Source of the DNA: Cyanobacteria bacterium J069
Lineage (GTDB): Bacteria; Cyanobacteriota; Cyanobacteriia; Elainellales; Elainellaceae
Direction: 5' to 3'
DNA length: 64,000 nt
Assembly: GCA_003695655.1 (NCBI GenBank)
Contig: RFIF01000414.1
Coordinates: 4,551 to 68,550 of the forward strand
Each line of letters begins with the position of its first letter. Position 1 is the first letter of the stretch. The notes below the pieces were generated by a model. That model did not search any database and was not told the DNA's origin. It saw only the letters and a list, made by a program, of their open reading frames with translations. Shown piece by piece: positions 21,871-34,824 of the stretch. The position numbers and the translations under genes are program-made.

Positions 21871-22755
21871 GTGACCTCATTGCCTCCCCTGATTGATACT
21901 CACGTCCATCTCAACTTCGACAGCTTCCAGCCTGATTTGTTGCAGGTTGTGCAAGCTTGGAGGGATTCAGGAGTGGTGCAGCTAGTTCATTCCTGTGTGG
22001 AGCCGTCTGAGTTTGAGGCGATTCAAGCGCTGGCGGATCGGTTGCCAGAACTATCTTTTGCGGTAGGGCTGCACCCGCTGGATGCTGATCGCTGGACTGC
22101 CGTGATGGCTGGGGAGATTCGAGATCTGGCGCGGTCGGATCGCCGAGTCGTGGCAATTGGTGAAACGGGTCTGGATTTTTACAAGGCGGACAATCGGCTG
22201 CTTCAATTTGAGGCGTTTGAGGCTCAGCTTAGGGTTGCGCGAGAGCTTGATCTGCCAGTGATCATTCACTGTCGAGATGCGGCCCCGGAAATGGCCGCAC
22301 TCCTCCAGCGGGTTTGGTCGGCGGAGGGGTCGGTTCGGGGGGTCATGCACTGCTGGAGCGGCACTCCAGAAGAGACGGAATGGTTTCTCAACCTAGGCTT
22401 CTATATTAGTTTCAGCGGAATTGTTACGTTCAAAAATGCCGCCCAGGTGCAGGCTTCTGCGCAGCAAGTGCCGGGCGATCGCCTGCTGATTGAAACCGAT
22501 TGCCCTTTCTTGGCTCCGGTGCCCAAACGGGGAGAGCGCCGCAACCAGCCTGCCTATGTTCGCTATGTTGCTGAGCGGGTAGCAGCGCTGCGAGGCGAGT
22601 CTCTAGAAGCGATCGCTAATCAGACCACTCAAAACGCCCGTCGGCTTTTTCGGCTAAGCGTTCCGTCTTCCCCAGCGTCGGCTCCAGATTGGCAACAGGC
22701 CGCCCAGCAGTCCTCTGCCTCCTTGCCTGCACCTTTGTCCCTGCGTACCCCTTAA
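21871..22755 (+). CDS. TatD-family hydrolase
   Basis: [37 protein letters not shown]. Confidence 0.93.
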   Translation: MTSLPPLIDTHVHLNFDSFQPDLLQVVQAWRDSGVVQLVHSCVEPSEFEAIQALADRLPELSFAVGLHPLDADRWTAVMAGEIRDLARSDRRVVAIGETGLDFYKADNRLLQFEAFEAQLRVARELDLPVIIHCRDAAPEMAALLQRVWSAEGSVRGVMHCWSGTPEETEWFLNLGFYISFSGIVTFKNAAQVQASAQQVPGDRLLIETDCPFLAPVPKRGERRNQPAYVRYVAERVAALRGESLEAIANQTTQNARRLFRLSVPSSPASAPDWQQAAQQSSASLPAPLSLRTP

Positions 22756-23467
22756 TTGACTGCCCAAAAAACCTGTGCCTGCTGCTATCAGCTCTATCAG
22801 AAGTTTGTCAAGAGGGACAGTGCAAAATTTAGACACGGATTAGGCGACATGCGTCATAATTTCAGAGGGGTTGTGCAGATAATGAGGTGCAGACAATGAG
22901 GAAAGCTGAATGCTCATGCTTTGCAATTGCACCAGATTTACGCTTTTCCCTAGCTGTCTTGCAACTGGTCTGGCAATCGGTTAGATTTAGATTTCTTATA
23001 TAAATGTTCCAATATTCCGCTTTCTACCGATACACTTGCCCGAAGCGATCGCCCAAATGCCCCCACCCAGCATAATTTCAGCTCTCACCTGTTCGGTTTT
23101 TGTGACAGATTGCTAAAGATGACCGCCAAAGAATTGATTTGATCCACTTGTCCCACCCAGGACATACACCTTGCCTTATTTTCAGCTTCGATCCGAATTA
23201 GTTTGGCTCACCGAAACTACTCGTAGAGCTGTTGCACCCATGCAAACTCCTGCTTTCCCGTTAAGGGGGATCAATCGTTTGTGTGGCGATCGCTGTTTGC
23301 AGACATCCTAGCCTCTTACAGAACCTGGGAATGTTCCGCAGCCTCCGCCCTTCGAGTGCCTCCTATAAGCGTTAAATAGCTTGACTTGATTTTCTGACTG
23401 CTTTGCTACCTGACCTGATTGCTTTGCTCTGGGATGTTTCCCAGAATTGACCTGTTCGAGGAGACGC

Positions 23468-26400
23468 ATGACTACACAAGCCACTGCCAACTTTACGCTG
23501 CCCGATTTGGTCGAAATCCAGCGTGCAAGCTTCCGCTGGTTCCTAGAAGAAGGATTAATAGAAGAGCTAGACAGTTTCTCTCCCATCACAGACTACACGG
23601 GCAAGCTAGAGCTTCATTTCCTGGGCAAAGACTACAAGCTGAAGCGTCCCAAGTATGATGTGGACGAAGCCAAGCGGCGAGACAGCACCTACGCCGTACA
23701 AATGTACGTGCCCACCCGCCTCATCAACAAAGAAACCGGGGAAATCAAAGAACAGGAAGTGTTCATTGGTGACTTGCCGCTGATGACTGACCGAGGCACC
23801 TTTATCATCAACGGAGCCGAGCGCGTTATCGTCAACCAGATTGTTCGGAGTCCTGGAGTTTACTACAAGTCAGAAACCGACAAAAACGGACGCCGCACCT
23901 ACAACGCCAGCCTCATCCCCAACCGGGGCGCTTGGCTCAAATTTGAAACCGACAAAAACGACCTGGTATGGGTTCGCATTGACAAGACCCGCAAGCTTTC
24001 TGCCCAAGTCTTGCTGAAAGCCCTGGGGCTGAGCGATGGCGAAATCTTTGACGCCCTCCGCCACCCAGAGTATTTCCAGAAAACGATTGACAAGGAAGGT
24101 CAGTTTAGCGAAGAAGAAGCCCTGATGGAGCTTTACCGGAAGCTGCGTCCCGGTGAGCCGCCCACGGTGTCTGGTGGGCAGCAGCTCCTTGATTCTCGCT
24201 TCTTTGATCCCAAACGCTACGACCTGGGGCGTGTCGGCCGCTACAAGCTCAACAAGAAGCTGCGGTTGAGCGTACCCGAAACCATGCGGGTGCTGACGGC
24301 GCAAGATATTCTGGCAGCGATCGATTATCTGATCAACCTGGAATTTGATATTGGCATGGTGGACGACATCGACCACCTCGGCAACCGTCGCGTTCGTTCG
24401 GTCGGCGAGCTACTGCAAAACCAGGTGCGGGTGGGCTTGAACCGGTTGGAGCGGATTATCCGGGAGCGGATGACCGTGTCAGATGCCGACTCCCTCACGC
24501 CCGCGTCGCTGGTCAACCCCAAGCCGCTGGTCGCTGCTATCAAGGAGTTCTTTGGCTCTTCGCAACTGTCCCAGTTCATGGATCAGACCAATCCCTTAGC
24601 CGAGCTGACCCATAAGCGGCGTCTGAGCGCTCTTGGGCCTGGTGGTCTAACGCGAGAGCGGGCGGGCTTTGCTGTCCGAGATATTCACCCGTCGCACTAT
24701 GGACGCATCTGCCCGATTGAAACACCGGAAGGTCCTAATGCGGGCCTGATTGGGTCTTTGGCAACCCACGCGCGGGTCAACGCTTACGGGTTTATCGAGA
24801 CGCCTTTTAATCGGGTGGAAAATGGTCGGGTGGTGAAGGAAGAAGCCCCCATTTACATGACTGCTGATGAAGAAGACGATCTGCGGGTGGCTCCGGGCGA
24901 CGTTTCGATTGATGAGAACGGCTACATCATGGGCGAGCAGGTGCCTGTGCGCTATCGCCGCGACTTCACTACGACCACCCCGGTTGAAGTGGACTATGTG
25001 GCGATCTCCCCAGTGCAGATTATTTCGGTGGCGACTTCGCTCATTCCTTTCTTGGAGCACGACGACGCCAACCGCGCCCTTATGGGATCGAACATGCAGC
25101 GTCAGGCAGTGCCCCTGTTGCGCCCTGAGCGACCGCTGGTGGGCACGGGGCTAGAAGCCCAGGCTGCTCGCGACTCGGGGATGGTGATTGTGAACCAGCT
25201 CGACGGGGTCGTGTCCTACGTGGATGCCAACCGGATTCGCGTGCGCGGCGAAAATGGTCGAGAGAAGGAATATATCCTGCAAAAGTATCAGCGCTCGAAT
25301 CAGGACACTTGCTTAAACCAGCGCCCGATTGTGTCGGTGGGCGATCGCGTAGTGGCGGGTCAAGTCCTGGCAGATGGCTCTGCGGCTGAGGGCGGCGAGA
25401 TCGCCCTTGGTCAAAACATTCTTGTAGCCTACATGCCTTGGGAGGGCTACAACTACGAAGATGCCATTCTGATCAGTGAGCGCTTGGTCTACGACGACGT
25501 TTACACCTCAATTCACATTGAAAAGTACGAGATTGAGGCCCGTCAAACCAAGCTAGGCCCAGAAGAAATCACACGCGAAATTCCCAACGTGGGCGAAGAT
25601 GCGCTGCGCCAGCTTGACGAAACTGGCATCATCCGTATCGGAGCCTGGGTAGAAGCTAGCGATATTCTGGTGGGCAAGGTTACACCGAAGGGAGAATCGG
25701 ATCAGCCGCCTGAAGAGAAGCTGCTGCGAGCCATCTTTGGCGAAAAGGCAAGGGATGTGCGGGACAACTCTCTGCGCGTGCCCAACGGTGAAAAGGGTCG
25801 CGTGGTGGATGTGCGAGTGTTTACCCGCGAGCAGGGCGATGAACTGCCTCCGGGCGCGAACATGGTGGTGCGGGTCTATGTGGCTCAAAAACGCAAGATC
25901 CAGGTGGGCGATAAGATGGCTGGCCGCCACGGCAACAAGGGCATTATTTCCCGCATTTTACCGATTGAGGATATGCCTTACCTGCCTGACGGCACACCTA
26001 TCGACATCGCCCTCAATCCTCTGGGTGTGCCCTCTCGGATGAACGTGGGACAGGTGTTTGAGTGCCTGATGGGCTGGGCAGCCGAGAACCTGGGTGTGCG
26101 GTTTAAGATGACGCCCTTCGATGAGATGTATGGGCAGGAGGCCTCGCGCCTCACCACCCACGGCAAGCTGCAAGAGGCCGCCGAAAAAACTGGGAAGCCC
26201 TGGGTCTTTAATCCTGATAATCCGGGCAAGATCCAGGTCTATGACGGCCGCACGGGTGAACCCTTTGACCAGCCTGTGACGGTGGGCAAGGCCTACATGC
26301 TGAAGCTGGTTCACTTGGTGGACGATAAGATCCATGCCCGTTCAACTGGGCCATATTCGCTGGTGACTCAACAGCCTTTGGGCGGCAAGGCACAGCAGGG

Positions 26401-26761
26401 CGGTCAGCGCTTCGGAGAAATGGAGGTGTGGGCGCTAGAGGCCTTTGGCTCTGCTTACATTCTGCAAGAGCTGCTGACGGTGAAATCCGACGATATGCAG
26501 GGGCGCAACGAAGCGCTAAATGCCATCGTTAAGGGCAAGGCGATTCCGCGTCCTGGCACTCCGGAATCCTTCAAGGTGCTCATGCGAGAGTTGCAATCGC
26601 TCTGTCTGGATATCGCCGCCCATAAGCTCCAAACCCAGGAAGACGGCACGAGCCGCGATGTGGAGATTGACCTGATGGCGGATGTGAGCAGTCGGCGAGC
26701 ACCGTCTCGCCCCACCTATGAGTCGATTTCGCGGGATGAACTGGACGAGAGCGACGAGTGA
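23468..26761 (+). CDS. rpoB: RNA polymerase beta subunit
   Basis: [41 protein letters not shown]; ATG at 23468 follows GAGGAG. Confidence 0.99.
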   Translation: MTTQATANFTLPDLVEIQRASFRWFLEEGLIEELDSFSPITDYTGKLELHFLGKDYKLKRPKYDVDEAKRRDSTYAVQMYVPTRLINKETGEIKEQEVFIGDLPLMTDRGTFIINGAERVIVNQIVRSPGVYYKSETDKNGRRTYNASLIPNRGAWLKFETDKNDLVWVRIDKTRKLSAQVLLKALGLSDGEIFDALRHPEYFQKTIDKEGQFSEEEALMELYRKLRPGEPPTVSGGQQLLDSRFFDPKRYDLGRVGRYKLNKKLRLSVPETMRVLTAQDILAAIDYLINLEFDIGMVDDIDHLGNRRVRSVGELLQNQVRVGLNRLERIIRERMTVSDADSLTPASLVNPKPLVAAIKEFFGSSQLSQFMDQTNPLAELTHKRRLSALGPGGLTRERAGFAVRDIHPSHYGRICPIETPEGPNAGLIGSLATHARVNAYGFIETPFNRVENGRVVKEEAPIYMTADEEDDLRVAPGDVSIDENGYIMGEQVPVRYRRDFTTTTPVEVDYVAISPVQIISVATSLIPFLEHDDANRALMGSNMQRQAVPLLRPERPLVGTGLEAQAARDSGMVIVNQLDGVVSYVDANRIRVRGENGREKEYILQKYQRSNQDTCLNQRPIVSVGDRVVAGQVLADGSAAEGGEIALGQNILVAYMPWEGYNYEDAILISERLVYDDVYTSIHIEKYEIEARQTKLGPEEITREIPNVGEDALRQLDETGIIRIGAWVEASDILVGKVTPKGESDQPPEEKLLRAIFGEKARDVRDNSLRVPNGEKGRVVDVRVFTREQGDELPPGANMVVRVYVAQKRKIQVGDKMAGRHGNKGIISRILPIEDMPYLPDGTPIDIALNPLGVPSRMNVGQVFECLMGWAAENLGVRFKMTPFDEMYGQEASRLTTHGKLQEAAEKTGKPWVFNPDNPGKIQVYDGRTGEPFDQPVTVGKAYMLKLVHLVDDKIHARSTGPYSLVTQQPLGGKAQQGGQRFGEMEVWALEAFGSAYILQELLTVKSDDMQGRNEALNAIVKGKAIPRPGTPESFKVLMRELQSLCLDIAAHKLQTQEDGTSRDVEIDLMADVSSRRAPSRPTYESISRDELDESDE

Positions 26762-26966
26762 TTGATCAATCGGCGGGGCGATCGCTCTCCTGGCGCAGAT
26801 TAAGCCAACTTGGTTCCCAATTTGTCCAGAGGCGATCGCCTGCGTTCTTTGATTTTTCTCCCCGCTTCACCAGCAGATTCGACAGATTCGCAATGCGTCA
26901 TGCGCCCGCAACACGCTTTTAATCTTTAAGCCAAGCGCCTCATCGTTACAGAAGGAAGAACCACGA

Positions 26967-28841
26967 ATGCCCAAAATCGAACAGCGGTTTGACTACGTCA
27001 AAATTGGGCTGGCTTCGCCAGAGCGGATTCGTCAATGGGGTGAGCGCACCCTGCCAAACGGACAGGTCGTCGGTGAAGTCACCAAGCCTGAAACCATTAA
27101 CTACCGCACCCTGAAGCCAGAAATGGACGGCTTGTTTTGTGAGCGGATCTTTGGCCCCGCCAAAGACTGGGAATGTCACTGTGGCAAGTACAAGCGGGTG
27201 CGTCACCGGGGCATCGTCTGCGAGCGCTGCGGCGTAGAAGTGACGGAATCCCGCGTCCGCCGCCATCGCATGGGCTATATCAAGCTGGCTGCCCCTGTGG
27301 CCCATGTCTGGTATCTCAAGGGCATCCCCAGCTACATGGCTATTTTGCTGGACATGCCGCTGCGCGATGTGGAGCAGATTGTCTATTTCAACTCCTATGT
27401 TGTGCTCAGCCCCGGCAACGCCGAAAACCTCAGCTACAAGCAACTGCTGACCGAAGACCAGTGGATTGAGATTGAGGATCAGCTTTACAGCGAAGACTCC
27501 CAACTGACTGGTGTTGAAGTGGGGATTGGCGCTGAGGCCCTCCAGCGACTGCTGGAAGACCTGGAGCTGGAAAAGGAAGCTGAGCAACTGCGGGAAGAAA
27601 TTGCCACCGCCAAAGGGCAAAAGCGGGCCAAGCTGATCAAGCGACTGCGCGTTATCGACAACTTCATCGCTACCCAGTCCAAGCCGGAATGGATGGTGCT
27701 AGACGTGATTCCCGTGATCCCGCCGGATTTGCGTCCGATGGTGCAGCTAGACGGCGGTCGCTTTGCCACCTCCGACCTCAATGACCTCTATCGTCGAGTT
27801 ATCAACCGCAATAACCGTTTGGCCAGGCTTCAGGAAATCCTGGCCCCTGAGATTATCGTCCGCAACGAAAAGCGGATGCTACAAGAAGCGGTGGACGCGC
27901 TGATTGACAACGGACGACGGGGGCGCACGGTGGTCGGGGCTAACAATCGCCCGCTCAAGTCTCTGTCTGACATCATTGAAGGGAAGCAGGGGCGCTTCCG
28001 TCAAAACCTTCTCGGGAAGCGGGTTGACTATTCTGGGCGTTCTGTCATTGTGGTTGGGCCCAAGCTGAAGATCCACCAGTGTGGTCTACCCAAAGAAATG
28101 GCGATCGAGCTATTTCAGCCTTTTGTGATTCATCGGCTGATTCGGCAGGGCCTGGTGAACAACATCAAGGCGGCTAAAAAACTGATTCAGCGCAATGATC
28201 CCCAAATTTGGGATGTGCTGCAAGAGGTGATCGACGGCCATCCGGTGCTGCTGAACCGGGCACCGACGCTGCACCGCTTGGGCATCCAGGCCTTTGAGCC
28301 GATCCTGGTGGATGGTCGCGCGATTCAGCTTCATCCCCTGGTCTGCCCAGCATTTAACGCTGACTTTGACGGCGACCAAATGGCGGTTCACGTCCCGCTA
28401 TCGCTGGAATCGCAGGCAGAAGCCCGGCTGCTGATGCTGGCGTCGAATAATATTCTTTCACCGGCGACGGGACGGCCAATTGTGACCCCTAGCCAAGACA
28501 TGGTTTTGGGCTGCTATTACCTGACGGCGGAAAACCCGGCCGCTACCAAAGGGAAAGACCGCTACTTTTCTAGCATGGAAGACGTGGTAATTGCCTACGA
28601 ACAGCAGCAGGTCGATTTACATGCCTATGTTTGGGTGCGGTTTGACGGTGAGGCGGAAGCGCCAGAGCCGGATGACGCACCATTAGAAGAACAGCGGTCT
28701 GAGGATGGCGTTGTGACGAAGCTCTACAAGTATCGCCGCGTTCGGGAAGATGCCGAGGGCAATCGGGTGTCTCAGTATATTCGCACGACACCAGGACGCA
28801 TTATCTACCACAAGACCGTACAGGAAGCGCTGGTTAACTAG
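26967..28841 (+). CDS. rpoC1: RNA polymerase gamma subunit (N-terminal part of beta')
   Basis: Zn finger CHCGK...CERC and catalytic NADFDGD. Confidence 0.99.
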   Translation: MPKIEQRFDYVKIGLASPERIRQWGERTLPNGQVVGEVTKPETINYRTLKPEMDGLFCERIFGPAKDWECHCGKYKRVRHRGIVCERCGVEVTESRVRRHRMGYIKLAAPVAHVWYLKGIPSYMAILLDMPLRDVEQIVYFNSYVVLSPGNAENLSYKQLLTEDQWIEIEDQLYSEDSQLTGVEVGIGAEALQRLLEDLELEKEAEQLREEIATAKGQKRAKLIKRLRVIDNFIATQSKPEWMVLDVIPVIPPDLRPMVQLDGGRFATSDLNDLYRRVINRNNRLARLQEILAPEIIVRNEKRMLQEAVDALIDNGRRGRTVVGANNRPLKSLSDIIEGKQGRFRQNLLGKRVDYSGRSVIVVGPKLKIHQCGLPKEMAIELFQPFVIHRLIRQGLVNNIKAAKKLIQRNDPQIWDVLQEVIDGHPVLLNRAPTLHRLGIQAFEPILVDGRAIQLHPLVCPAFNADFDGDQMAVHVPLSLESQAEARLLMLASNNILSPATGRPIVTPSQDMVLGCYYLTAENPAATKGKDRYFSSMEDVVIAYEQQQVDLHAYVWVRFDGEAEAPEPDDAPLEEQRSEDGVVTKLYKYRRVREDAEGNRVSQYIRTTPGRIIYHKTVQEALVN

Positions 28842-29008
28842 CGCTACAGCAGGCGCGATCGCCCTTCGCACAGGATCTTCTTTCCTGACCAGAGCAAACG
28901 AGGCGATCGCCGCACCTGCTGAATTCTCCAGGCGGTCATTCAGCTTGGGAATCACAGGGCAAACGATATTGCTAACCTTTCTTAAGTTCTGAGGGGCGGG
29001 ACATCATC

Positions 29009-32000
29009 ATGACAGAGCACAATTCGATTCAACATTCTGAACAGCCCGTCGTGTTTCGCAATCGCGTCATTGACAAGAAGCAACTGCGCAAGCTGATTGC
29101 TTGGTCTTTTACACACTATGGCACAGCCCGCACCGCCCAAGTTGCCGACGATCTGAAGGATCTGGGCTTTAAGTTTGCCACACGAGCGGGTGTGTCCATT
29201 AGCGTGGACGACTTGGAAGTACCGTCTAGCAAGCGCCAACTGCTCGACGAGGCCGAAGATGAAATCCGCAAAACCGAGGAGCGCTACACCCGAGGTGACA
29301 TTACTGAAGTAGAGCGTTTCCAGAAGGTGATCGACACCTGGAACAGCACGAACGAAGACCTCACCAGTGCGGTTGTTCAAAACTTCCGGGAGCGCAACCC
29401 GCTGAACTCGGTCTACATGATGGCGTTTTCTGGTGCCCGGGGCAACATCTCCCAGGTGCGCCAGCTTGTGGGGATGCGCGGTCTGATGGCCAATCCGCAG
29501 GGAGAAATTATTGACCTGCCGATTAAGACCAACTTCCGCGAAGGGCTGACTGTTACCGAGTACATCATCTCGTCCTATGGCGCGCGGAAGGGTCTGGTGG
29601 ATACTGCCCTGCGAACCGCCGACTCTGGATACCTGACCCGTCGCTTGGTAGATGTGTCGCAGGACGTGATTATTCGGGAGCTAGACTGCAACACCGAGCG
29701 GGGGATTCCGATCCGCAGCATGACAGACGGGGAACGGGTGTTGATTCCGCTGAAGGATCGGCTGCTGGGTCGCGTCCCTGCTGAGGATGTGCTCCATCCC
29801 GAAACGGGCGAAGTCATCATTGCCCGCAACGAGCCAATTTCAGACGACGTGGCAGAAATTATTGGCAAAGCCAAGGTCGAAAAAGTCGTCGTGCGATCGC
29901 CCCTGACCTGCCAGGCCTCCCGTTCTGTCTGTCAGCGCTGCTACGGCTGGAGCCTAGCCCATGCTCACCTCGTAGACATGGGCGAAGCCGTCGGCATCAT
30001 CGCCGCTCAGTCGATTGGTGAACCCGGCACCCAGCTCACCATGCGCACCTTCCACACGGGCGGCACCGTAACTGGCGAGCAAGCACCAACCATTCGAGCC
30101 AGCTTTAACGGCACCGTTCATCTCAAGTTCAAGCGTAAGGACGATGTCCTCCGCTCTCGTCCCTTCCGCACCCGTCATGGTGAAGATGCGCTGATTATCG
30201 AGTCTCCATCCGTCGATGTCATCGTCGAACAGGGCAGCCGCAAGGAATCCTACACTCTGATGCAAGGCTCGATTCTGTTCGCCCATGAAGGCAGTACGGT
30301 GGTTGCCGACCAAATTTTGGCAGAACTGCCAGCCACCGGGCGGGTTCGCAAAGTGACTGAAAAAGCCAGCAAGGATGTCGCGTCCGACCTGGCCGGTGAG
30401 GTGAAATTTGCGGATCTGGTGCCCGAAGAAAAGCGCGATCGCCAGGGCAACATTACCCGGATCGCCCAGCGGGGTGGCCTCATTTGGGTGCTGTCGGGTG
30501 AGGTGTACAACCTGCCGCCTGGCGCAGAACCAGTCGTCAAAAATGGCGATCGCGTCGAAGCCAACAGCATCCTGGCGAAGACCAAGCTCGTCACCGAAAA
30601 CGGTGGGACGGTGCGCCTCCCGCAAGACGGGGAAGGCAAAGCCGGCCGTGAGGTCGAAATCATCACCGCCTCGGTCTTGCTCAACCAGGCTCGGGTGATC
30701 GCAGAAAGCCAGCAGGGCCGCGAACATTACATCATCGAAACGCCACACAACCAGCGCTTCTCTCTAATCGCTACCCCCGGCACCAAGGTCGTGAATAAGC
30801 AGGTCGTCGCCGAGCTAATCGACGACCGCTACCACACACAGACAGGCGGCATCATCAAGTTCTCCGGCATCGAGCTAGAGAAGCGCGGAAAAGCCAAACT
30901 CGGCTATGAAGTGGTCAAAGGAGGCACGATTCTTTGGATTCCTGAAGAGTCTCATGAGGTGAACAAAGACATCTCACTCCTGCTGGTCGAAGATGGACAA
31001 TACGTCGAAGCGGGCACCGAAGTCGTCAAAGACATCTTCTGCCAAAGCAGCGGCGTGGTCGAAGTCACCCAAAAGAACGACATCCTTCGGGAAATCGTGA
31101 TTAAACCCGGTGAACTTCACATGGTGGACAATCCGGAAGCCGTCATCGACCGCAACGGCACCATTGCCAATCCTGGCGAAGAGATGCTTCCCGGACTCAA
31201 CCTGACAGACCTGCGCTATGTCGAATACATCGATTCGCCAGAAGGACCAGCGCTGCTGCTGCGCCCCGTCACAGAGTTTGCCGTACCCGACGAGCCTTCA
31301 GTTCCTAGCCAGTCTTCAACCAGTGAAGACGCAGGGCGCTCCATCCAGCTTCGCGCAGTTCAGCGCACCCTTTACAAAGATGGCGAGCGCGTCAAGTCTG
31401 TCGAAGGGTTAGAGCTGCTGCGCACCCAACTAGTGCTCGAAATTGACAAAGACGCTCCCCAGCTTGCTGCCGATATCGAGCTAGTCGCCGATGAAAGCGA
31501 TCCCGAACTGCTGCGCTTACAGCTCGTCATTCTGGAGTCGCTTGTCATTCGTCGCGATGTGCCCGCCGACCAAACCCAAGGCAGCACTCTCACCACGCTA
31601 CTCGTGAAAGATGGCGACCAAATTTCGCCAGGAGACGAAGTCGCCCGCACCGAAATCCTTTGCAAGGAAGGCGGTGAAGTGCGGGGCGTCGGCAGCAACG
31701 AAACGGCTCGTCGGATTCTCGTCGTTCGTGAGTCGGATAATTTGATTCTTGATACGGAAGGTAAAGAGCCTAATGTCAAGCCAGGAGATTTAATTGTAGC
31801 CGGAAGTGAAATTGCTCCTGGTGTGTGCTCTCATGAGTCAGGCCAGGTTATCCGCATCAGTGATTCAAAAGCTTGGCAAACGTTTGTTGAGAATTTGAAT
31901 GTGCAGTTCATCCAGCCTCTTAATGTCCAATGGGAGAAACTCAGTAAATTACTGAAACTCGATCAGATTCAGATTCCAACTTTCGCATTTGGGAGTCAAC

Positions 32001-33397
32001 CAAGCGAGGAGGAGATCAGGAACCGCCTGCAGGAAAAGGCAAAAGCAATACAGGATAAAATTCTTCAGAAGTATCCTGCCTATGGAAGTCTTTACTTCAA
32101 GCTTAAAGCTCAAGGATCTCTTCCACGAGAAGAGGCTCAACAGCTTGAATCCGAGGAAAGTAAACTCCCACAAGGCGTTTCAAGCCACATTGATGATCTT
32201 TTTAGCCGTCTCAAGAAGGCCCAGGATGAGGCGTTGTGGCTTTTGGGACATCGTGTTCAACTGCGTCTCGCTCGTCCTTACCGCGTGTCGGCGGGTGCCG
32301 TGCTGCACATTGATGATACTGATCTCGTCCAACGGGGTGACAATCTGGTGCTGCTGGTGTTTGAACGTGCCAAAACAGGCGACATCATTCAGGGTCTTCC
32401 CAGAATTGAGGAACTCCTAGAAGCACGGAAACCCAAGGAAGCCTGCGTTTTGGCACGGCGTCCGGGGACGGCTCAGGTGGTCTACAGCGATGACGATAGT
32501 GTCCAGGTCAAGGTGGTGGAAGCCGATGGCGTCATCACCGAGTATCCGATCGGGCCGGGTCAAAACATGCTGATCATTGACGGTCAAGAAGTGGACACGG
32601 CAGAACCGCTAACGGATGGCCCGGCCAATCCCCATGAAATTCTAGAGATCTTCTTTGATCTTCATCGGGAAACGCTGGGTGTGCATGATGCTTCTCTAAT
32701 CAGCTTGGAAAGGGTGCAAACCTTCTTGGTGAACGAGGTGCAGTCGGTTTATCAATCCCAGGGGATTGAAATTTCTGACAAGCACATTGAAGTGATCGTT
32801 CGTCAGATGACTTCTAAGGCAAGAGTTGATGACGGGGGCGATACAACAATGCTGCCGGGAGAACTGGTGGAGTTGCACCAGATTCAGCAGGTGAATGAGG
32901 CGATGTCGATTACGGGCGGCGCACCAGCAGAATACACCCCTGTATTGCTGGGGATCACCAAAGCATCCCTCAACACCGATAGCTTCATCTCAGCGGCTAG
33001 CTTCCAGGAAACAACTCGTGTGCTGACAGAAGCGGCGATCGAAGGAAAGTCAGACTGGCTGCGCGGCTTGAAGGAGAACGTTATTATTGGTCGTTTGATT
33101 CCAGCGGGGACAGGCTTTAATGCCTACGAAGAGTCCAATAGTGTTGACCTTGATGCACTGGAAGACATGGGATTAAGCGATGTCGTGCTCGATGATTTGA
33201 CGGCCCGTAGCTATGACTTGGATAGCGGATTTGATGTATTCCCTCCGCCAGAAGGCTTGGGAATGCGTGAAGGCACCGAGTTTCCTCGTCCGTCTCACGG
33301 CTTTGGTGATGAGGCTTTCTCCGGAGTTCTGGAGGAAGATGAATTGACCGATGAATACGCCGATGACGAGGCTGATGAGGATGATGACGAAGAGTAG
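29009..33397 (+). CDS. rpoC2: RNA polymerase beta' (C-terminal part) with large SI3 and an extra insertion
   Basis: [53 protein letters not shown]. Confidence 0.98.
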   Translation: MTEHNSIQHSEQPVVFRNRVIDKKQLRKLIAWSFTHYGTARTAQVADDLKDLGFKFATRAGVSISVDDLEVPSSKRQLLDEAEDEIRKTEERYTRGDITEVERFQKVIDTWNSTNEDLTSAVVQNFRERNPLNSVYMMAFSGARGNISQVRQLVGMRGLMANPQGEIIDLPIKTNFREGLTVTEYIISSYGARKGLVDTALRTADSGYLTRRLVDVSQDVIIRELDCNTERGIPIRSMTDGERVLIPLKDRLLGRVPAEDVLHPETGEVIIARNEPISDDVAEIIGKAKVEKVVVRSPLTCQASRSVCQRCYGWSLAHAHLVDMGEAVGIIAAQSIGEPGTQLTMRTFHTGGTVTGEQAPTIRASFNGTVHLKFKRKDDVLRSRPFRTRHGEDALIIESPSVDVIVEQGSRKESYTLMQGSILFAHEGSTVVADQILAELPATGRVRKVTEKASKDVASDLAGEVKFADLVPEEKRDRQGNITRIAQRGGLIWVLSGEVYNLPPGAEPVVKNGDRVEANSILAKTKLVTENGGTVRLPQDGEGKAGREVEIITASVLLNQARVIAESQQGREHYIIETPHNQRFSLIATPGTKVVNKQVVAELIDDRYHTQTGGIIKFSGIELEKRGKAKLGYEVVKGGTILWIPEESHEVNKDISLLLVEDGQYVEAGTEVVKDIFCQSSGVVEVTQKNDILREIVIKPGELHMVDNPEAVIDRNGTIANPGEEMLPGLNLTDLRYVEYIDSPEGPALLLRPVTEFAVPDEPSVPSQSSTSEDAGRSIQLRAVQRTLYKDGERVKSVEGLELLRTQLVLEIDKDAPQLAADIELVADESDPELLRLQLVILESLVIRRDVPADQTQGSTLTTLLVKDGDQISPGDEVARTEILCKEGGEVRGVGSNETARRILVVRESDNLILDTEGKEPNVKPGDLIVAGSEIAPGVCSHESGQVIRISDSKAWQTFVENLNVQFIQPLNVQWEKLSKLLKLDQIQIPTFAFGSQPSEEEIRNRLQEKAKAIQDKILQKYPAYGSLYFKLKAQGSLPREEAQQLESEESKLPQGVSSHIDDLFSRLKKAQDEALWLLGHRVQLRLARPYRVSAGAVLHIDDTDLVQRGDNLVLLVFERAKTGDIIQGLPRIEELLEARKPKEACVLARRPGTAQVVYSDDDSVQVKVVEADGVITEYPIGPGQNMLIIDGQEVDTAEPLTDGPANPHEILEIFFDLHRETLGVHDASLISLERVQTFLVNEVQSVYQSQGIEISDKHIEVIVRQMTSKARVDDGGDTTMLPGELVELHQIQQVNEAMSITGGAPAEYTPVLLGITKASLNTDSFISAASFQETTRVLTEAAIEGKSDWLRGLKENVIIGRLIPAGTGFNAYEESNSVDLDALEDMGLSDVVLDDLTARSYDLDSGFDVFPPPEGLGMREGTEFPRPSHGFGDEAFSGVLEEDELTDEYADDEADEDDDEE

Positions 33398-33581
33398 GGT
33401 GAAGATTGGGAGGTGAAAATTTAGGGTAGTTCCAGGCGAAATCCTTCTTTTTGTCTGAACGATGATCCTGGTGCGTAGCCCTTGTTAATTAGCTAAAGTA
33501 AGCAGTTCAGGAACCTGTCCTTAAAGCTGACTGCTGGCTAATTAGCTCACATCCTTCCAGCACAGTTCCTTAAAAAAGCAA

Positions 33582-33620
33582 GAAAGAGCGGTAGCCTGGC
33601 TGCCGCTCTTTCCCTTTTTT
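33582..33620. terminator. Probable bidirectional terminator between rpoC2 and tRNA-His
   Basis: GAAAGAGCGGTAGC-CTG-GCTGCCGCTCTTTC with an A-rich left flank and a T-rich right flank. Confidence 0.7.
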
Positions 33621-33638
33621 CCAGAGGTCAAAACTGCT

Positions 33639-33730
33639 TAGGACTTATACAGTTGAATGATTTTTCTCGGACTACGCCCGCGAAAAATCCTCCAACATCT
33701 ATAAAACTCGTTTCAACTGCGTAAGTCTTG
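33639..33730 (-). mobile_element. 92-bp dispersed inverted-repeat element, copy 2 (reverse orientation)
   Basis: Reverse complement reads CAAGACTTACGCAGTTGAAACGAGTTTTATAGATGTTGG...; lies 16 nt from the tRNA-His 3' end. Confidence 0.8.
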
Positions 33731-33746
33731 AAAAGGATGCTAAAAG

Positions 33747-33820
33747 GGCGAACGATGGGGATCGAACCCACGAATGGCGGAATCACAATCCGCTGCCTTA
33801 ACCACTTGGCTACGCTCGCC
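33747..33820 (-). tRNA. trnH: tRNA-His (GTG)
   Basis: GGCGAGCGTAGCCAAGTGGTTAAGGCAGCGGATTGTGATTCCGCC...GGTTCGATCCC; has G-1 and C73; CCA not encoded. Confidence 0.96.
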
Positions 33821-33974
33821 ATTAACTGCCGCATATAGGCAGATACTAGTATAGCACCCCAGTACAAAATTGCATTCCTTTTGTATCACTCCTAAGAAGC
33901 AGGTTTTAAGCTTCAAATACGGACTCCCCTTTCAACATCGGCTATACTGAGATTTGTTGTGTGAATGACTGCTT

Positions 33975-34048
33975 CGGGATGTAGCGCAGCTTGGTAGCGC
34001 GCCTGCTTTGGGAGCAGGATGCCGCAGGTTCGAATCCTGTCATCCCGA
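33975..34048 (+). tRNA. trnP: tRNA-Pro (TGG)
   Basis: CGGGATGTAGCGCAGCTTGGTAGC; anticodon arm CCTGC-TTTGGGA-GCAGG; GGTTCGAATCC. Confidence 0.96.
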
Positions 34049-34089
34049 TTTTTACTTTTAGGAACTGATCGCTGCTTAGAGGACAAGTT

Positions 34090-34824
34090 GTGGAATTAAC
34101 GGACTGGATTTATCCTTATCCGCCGCTATTGTCTGGCGTGTTGATCAAGCGGTATAAACGGTTTTTTTCTGATATAGAGCTAGATAGTGGCGAAGTAGTG
34201 ACGGCCCATTGCCCGAACACGGGGCCGATGACTGGCGTTAATCGTCCAGGCAGCCGCGTTATGGTTTCTCGCAGTGATAACCCAAACCGGACGCTGCCTT
34301 ACACCTGGGAAATGATTCAAGTCGATGAGGATGGCATTTGTGCTTGGGTAGGGGTAAATACAGCACTGCCTAATCGCGTTGTGCGATCAGCGTTAGAAGC
34401 ACGGTTGTTTGCTCCATTGGGCAGCTATCAGGAGATTCGTGGAGAAGTTCCCTATGGCCAGGACAGGAAGAGTCGGGTAGATTTTTTATTGCGAGGCAGA
34501 GGAGACGCACCACCCGTATATCTCGAGGTGAAGAACACGACCTGGGCGCTGGGTAGCCTGGCCTTGTTTCCTGACACGGTGACGGAGCGGGGACAAAAGC
34601 ATCTGCGCGAGCTGGCAGCACTGTTGCCTGATGCGCGATCGGTGATGTTGTATTTTATCAACCGAGGTGACTGTACCCAGTTTGCGCCGGGGGATAGTGC
34701 TGATCCGGTTTATGGGCAACTGCTGCGGGCAGCGATCGCCCAGGGGCTAGAAGTCCTTCCTTGCCGGTTTGAGGTCTCCCCCGCAGGCATTCGCTATGTG
34801 GGACAGGCAGAGCTATGCCTTTAG
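34090..34824 (+). CDS. sfsA: DNA/RNA nuclease SfsA
   Basis: RYKRFF, AHCPNTGPM, SRVDFLL, YLEVKNTT, FPDTVTERGQKHL. Confidence 0.95.
   Translation: MELTDWIYPYPPLLSGVLIKRYKRFFSDIELDSGEVVTAHCPNTGPMTGVNRPGSRVMVSRSDNPNRTLPYTWEMIQVDEDGICAWVGVNTALPNRVVRSALEARLFAPLGSYQEIRGEVPYGQDRKSRVDFLLRGRGDAPPVYLEVKNTTWALGSLALFPDTVTERGQKHLRELAALLPDARSVMLYFINRGDCTQFAPGDSADPVYGQLLRAAIAQGLEVLPCRFEVSPAGIRYVGQAELCL

Noticed and set aside
31868-32251. Intein or intron explanation for the RpoC2 insertion
   Set aside because: No N-terminal Cys/Ser block with a C-terminal His-Asn followed by C/S/T, no LAGLIDADG or HNH motif, and the frame is fully open.
23870-32878. Many alternative-frame ORFs within rpoB/rpoC1/rpoC2
   Set aside because: Codon-bias shadows of conserved genes.
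33747-34048. tRNA genes as an integration site for an island
   Set aside because: No integrase and no duplicated tRNA 3' end seen in the window.
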